From Malacoraja senta (taxonomy: Eukaryota): 64,000 nt of DNA. Both the position numbers and the translations under genes were made by a program. Shown here piece by piece: positions 59,965 to 64,000 of this stretch. Under the pieces are notes generated by a model that saw only the letters and a program-made list of their open reading frames with translations, was not told the origin of the DNA and searched no databases. Each line of letters opens with the position of its first letter. The stretch's first letter is position 1. Where the stretch lies: the NCBI GenBank assembly GCA_038087875.1, contig CM075978.1, positions 94,488,001 to 94,552,000 of the forward strand, in the 5' to 3' direction.

Positions 59965-60691
59965 GTTGTAATGTCCCACTTATATCAACGGGTCGATGGT
60001 GGAAAGGGTCAAGAGCTTGAAATTCCTGGGCGTGCATATTTCCGAAGATCTCTCCTGGTCCCAGAACACTGATGCAATTATAAAGAAAGCACATCAGCAC
60101 CTCTACTTCCTGAGAAGATTACAGAGAGTCGGTATGTCAAGGAGGACTCTCTCGAACTTCTACAGATGCACAGTGGAGAGCATGCTGACGGTTGCATCGT
60201 GGCTTGGTTCGGCAACTTGTGCGCCCAGGAGCAGAAAAGACTACAAAAGTTGTGACCACTGCCCAGTCCATCATCGGCTCTGACCTCCCTACTATCGAGG
60301 GGATCTATCGCAGTCGCTGCCTCAAAAAGGCTGCCAGCATCATCAAGAACCCACACCATCCTGGCCACACACTCATCTCTCCGCTGCCTTCAGGTAGAAG
60401 GTACAGGAGCCTAAAATCTGCAACATCCAGGTTCAGGAACAGCTTCTACCCCACAGCCATCAGATTATTAAACTCAACTCAAACAAAAATCTGAACTTTA
60501 ATAGCCTATTGCACTTTATCTGCTTATTTATGTGTGTATACAGTATATATACATATTCAATGGTATATTGACACACTGATCTGTTCTGTATTTATTTATG
60601 CCTACAATATTCTGTTGTGCTGAAGCAAAGCAAGAATTTCATTGTCCTATCTGGGACACATGATAATAAACTCTCTTGAATCTTGAATCTT
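59965..60691 (+). mobile_element. Rex-Babar LINE 3' fragment (frameshifted ORF C-terminus)
   Basis: VERVKSLKFLGVHISEDLSW..KKAHQHLYFLRRL..FYRCTVES..LPSGRRYRS..SRFRNSFYPTAIRLLN; (TCTTGAA)n tail. Confidence 0.9.
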
Positions 60692-60856
60692 AATGGCCTG
60701 ATGGTTGCAGGGAAGATGCTGTTCCTGAACCCGGACGTTACAGTTTTCAGGCTCCTGTACCTTCTTCCCAATGGCAAGGATGAAATGAGTGTGTGGCCAG
60801 GGTGGTGTGGGTCTCTGATGATGCTGGCTGCCTTTCCGAGGCAGCGACTCCTGTAA
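60690..60856 (-). mobile_element. Rex-Babar fragment, opposite orientation
   Basis: LGRRYRSLKTVTSGFRNSIFPATIR on minus strand. Confidence 0.8.
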
Positions 60857-61175
60857 ATTCATAAGTATGTGAAGCCCAAAACTAAAACCAGTGACAAGAA
60901 ATTCTTCCAGAAAGCGTGGAAGCATCAAACACAGCATTTTTAATGCAGACCAATATTTTGTGCATTCTGCAATTTAAAATGTTTTAATCCATTCTTGGGG
61001 TTTGGCTATCGTGCAAGGCTACCATTTATCGCTCACACTTAATTGCCATAGTTAAAGGGTTTTTAATACTCTTCCCTGTGGCTTCCACTTATAGAACAAA
61101 TAGAAAGGGCCAGATTACACTCGTGGGTAGTTGAAGGTTCTATGTAGAGTTACAGTAACAGCTCGCCATAATTTA

Positions 61176-61770
61176 CAGATCATAAGATCATAACTTCATA
61201 AGTGATAGGAACAGAATTATGCCATTCGGCCCATCAAGTCCATTCAATCTCTCCCTCCTAACCCCATTCTCCTGCCTTCTCCCCATAATGCCTGACACCC
61301 ATACTAATCAAGAATCTATCTATCTCTGCCTTAAATATATCCATTCACTTGGCCTTCACAGCAAAGGGGTCTTTTGGGGAGCTTTCATAATGCCAGTCAT
61401 CATGCCTAGCTGAGCAATGGGAGGGGTTAGGTGACAACCGAGAAGAAGACTCAAGCAGACTCATGGTCTTAGCCTTCTTGAAGATGTACAACATCTACAC
61501 TGATTCTTGGCAATCTCTAGCCTGTGACCATGTACAAGCTCATAAGTGAATGGAGCAGAATTAGGCTTTTCAGGCCAATCAAGTCTACTCCGCCATTCAA
61601 TCATTATTGATCTATCTCTCCCTCTCAACCCCATTCTCCTGCCTTCTCCCCATAACCCCTGCCACCCATACTAATCAAGAATCTATCTTTCTCTGCCTTA
61701 AATATATCCACTGAGTTGGCCTCCATAGCCGTCTGTAGCAAAGAATTCCACAGAATCACCACCCTCTGAC
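61176..61770 (-). mobile_element. two CR1 3' ends separated by a copy of 36393-36580
   Basis: CR1 tails at 61176-61361 and 61540-61770. Confidence 0.8.
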
Positions 61771-61949
61771 CACCACAGGTGTGTTCAATCCTGATTTTCC
61801 CCTGATAGAACCTCTGGCCAAGCAACAATTGGGGAGTAGGGATAGACAATGATTTGAGTCCTGTGCAGGCTCTCAATCTGAAATGTCAACCATCCCTTTG
61901 GCCCCACAGATGTTGCATGTTGTATACAGTATTCCCGTGCTTTCATGAT

Positions 61950-62282
61950 CTAGTTTAGTTTAGCTTAGTTTAGTGATACAGCATAGAAGCAGGCCCTTCA
62001 GTCCATCAAGTCCATGCTGACCATCAAACACCTGGTCTCGACCCGAAACGTCACCAATTCCTTCTCTCCAGAGATGCTGCCTGTCCCGCTGAGTTACTCC
62101 AGCTTTTTGTGTCTACCAGTTCACACTAGTTCTAAGTTATCCCATTTTTTCATCAGTCCTTAAATATAAGGGGCAATTTAGAGAAGCCAATTAACCTACA
62201 AATTCACACGTCTTTGGGAATGTGGGGGGAAACCGCAGCACCCGGAGAAATCCACATGGTCACAGGGAGAATGTGCAATTCT
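61950..62282 (-). mobile_element. V-SINE 3' part with a Penelope mini-insertion (~62033-62117)
   Basis: Tail and V-domain; GACCCGAAACGTCA...TGTGTCTACC insert. Confidence 0.75.
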
Positions 62283-62914
62283 CATTATAAGACAATTGTA
62301 TTGATGGGAGAAAGGAGGTTGGTGCTGGAGTTTCAAATTCACAATAAAAAGTTGCATTTCCTGCAGGATTTGCAAAAGTAAAGGCTTTTTAGTAGCAACA
62401 AGTTTATCTTTTGCAAGATACTGCAAGCTAAAGATACTATAGGCTGTATGTTACATTATTTAATCGAGTATAATTGCACATCTGTCAATAGAAGCAATTG
62501 CTTGTCAATTTCAATAGCCGTACGAGTTTAAAATAGCAATAAGGGACAACAGTGTCTGATTACTGAAGGGAGGATACATGGAAACTGTTTTTTCCCCTAT
62601 ACTGTTTAAATTCATGACAGCTTTTTGTCTGCTTATTAATTTCAAAAGTAACTTTTAAGTAGTTGTCTAGTTCCCGATCAAAATCATGGTATAACCAATT
62701 TAATCAAAGTAATGCACATAAAGTTCCCTAATCCATCACTCAAATTATATCCCACTTGTTCTGGAAACATGTATTATAACAGAACAACCGGTACTTGAAG
62801 GTAAATGTTACCATTGCATTGGAATTCCAACTCACCTCTCTTGATAAAAACCTAATGACTTATTCACAATGCTAGGTAGATGAGCAACACATTAGAATAG
62901 CTTATAGTAGCACA

Positions 62915-63220
62915 ATTTGACCATTCGGCCCATAGAGTCTACTCCGCCATTCAATCATGACTGATCTATCTTTCCCTCTCATCCTGATTCTCCTGCCTTC
63001 TCCCCCTAACCCCTGACACTCATACTAATCGAGAACAATATCCATTGACTTTGCCTCCACAGCCATCTGTGGCAATGACCATCCCTCCACATCCACTCTT
63101 TCCAGGTCTTTCACTATTCGGTAAGTTTCAATGAGGTTCCCCCTCATCCTAAGCGAGTAGAGGCCCAGTGCCATCCAACACTCATCATATGTTAACCCAA
63201 TCCTTCCTGGGATCACTCTC
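62915..63220 (-). mobile_element. CR1 3' fragment with deletions
   Basis: LGLYSL.RMRGNLIETY..LERVDVE..SLPQMAVEAKS. Confidence 0.8.
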
Positions 63221-63857
63221 TTTTTTCTTCAAATGTTACGAACTATTGCGTATTTCCAATATTTCTAGCCTTTGGTACATTCGTTCATTGTCATTGATTT
63301 GACGGTTTGTGCTGCTTTGTACAGAGTGCACGGCACTGAAGGACATGTTTTAGAGATTTCCCAAAGAAAAAGTAATCAAGCTGAACTGGTGAAGTTGGAC
63401 TGTTCGGGATTACCGTGTTAAGGCCACCTTGCTTGGGTTACACTTGTAGCTCAAAGCTCCCATGCAGTCACCCATTAATCTCCCATGGCATTTCCCGCGA
63501 GGTGAAGACCAAATGTCATCTTCAAAGGATAAGAGTTTGGAGAGCAGGGAAGAATTAAGTCAATGCATCTGGACTGGATTTAATCCCCATTTGTAAATCA
63601 TTCATTGGCCTCTTGATTTTCATCATACCTTTACGAAATTTTCAGCAGTTTGTAAAGAGGAGTAGAATTAATGGCAGAATTTCTCAACAGTACTGGCTAA
63701 AGGTCCTGGAAATGCAGGAACACAGCACCACCACTTAGGAGAAGATGTAACTACAAATTCCACCATGAACTGAACATGGGGATTTATCAGGGAAAATGTT
63801 AAGACATACACTGCAACAATACATAAATTTACCATACATTATTGATGTATCTTTAAC

Positions 63858-64000
63858 CAGAGGGTGGTGAATCTGTGGAATTCATAGCCTTGGATGGATG
63901 TGGAGGCCAAGTCATTGGATATTTTTAAGGCGGAGATTGACAGATTTTTTATTAGGAAGGGTGTCGGGGCTTATGGGGAGAAGGCAGGAGAATGGGGTTG
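63858..64000 (+). mobile_element. CR1 3' fragment running off the window edge
   Basis: CAGAGGGTGGTGAATCTGTGGAATTC...GGGAGAAGGCAGGAGAATGGGG. Confidence 0.85.

Noticed and set aside
60312-60856. Inverted repeat suggesting a DNA transposon
   Set aside because: Two diverged Rex fragments in opposite orientation; no TIR or TSD structure
63340-63720. Exon-like segments near the window end
   Set aside because: The segment with the best splice sites has stops in all three frames; the others are unrecognisable

Overview
Repeat-dense, apparently gene-poor vertebrate genomic DNA, almost certainly from a cartilaginous fish (most likely a skate or ray, judged from HE1-type V-SINEs and HER1/CR1 LINEs that share a 3' tail). 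I recognise no host gene. The only long ORF (10753-13029) is a 5'-truncated CR1 ORF2 with an uninterrupted RT domain, inserted into a Penelope GIY-YIG fragment. The rest is about 25 tRNA-derived SINEs, many CR1 and Rex-Babar fragments, three L1 3' ends, two L2/Crack-type 3' ends, four PIF/Harbinger MITEs, two satellite-bearing non-autonomous Helitrons, and dozens of Penelope-like terminal fragments with minimal hammerhead-ribozyme cores. There are two assembly gaps. Highlights: (i) at least three cases where unique DNA flanking a repeat was copied, with its repeat junction, to a site 1-30 kb away, two of them inside a homologous repeat (repeat-primed templated flank capture); (ii) a 387-bp duplication bracketing an L1 insertion; (iii) ~100-bp ribozyme-bounded Penelope mini-insertions with a fixed 3' end and TSDs; (iv) a non-tRNA SINE-like family with a covarying hairpin; (v) Helitrons with a doubled 5' end and a nascent higher-order satellite. 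Boundaries of degraded repeats are approximate (read by eye), and family names come from recalled consensus motifs, not database searches.
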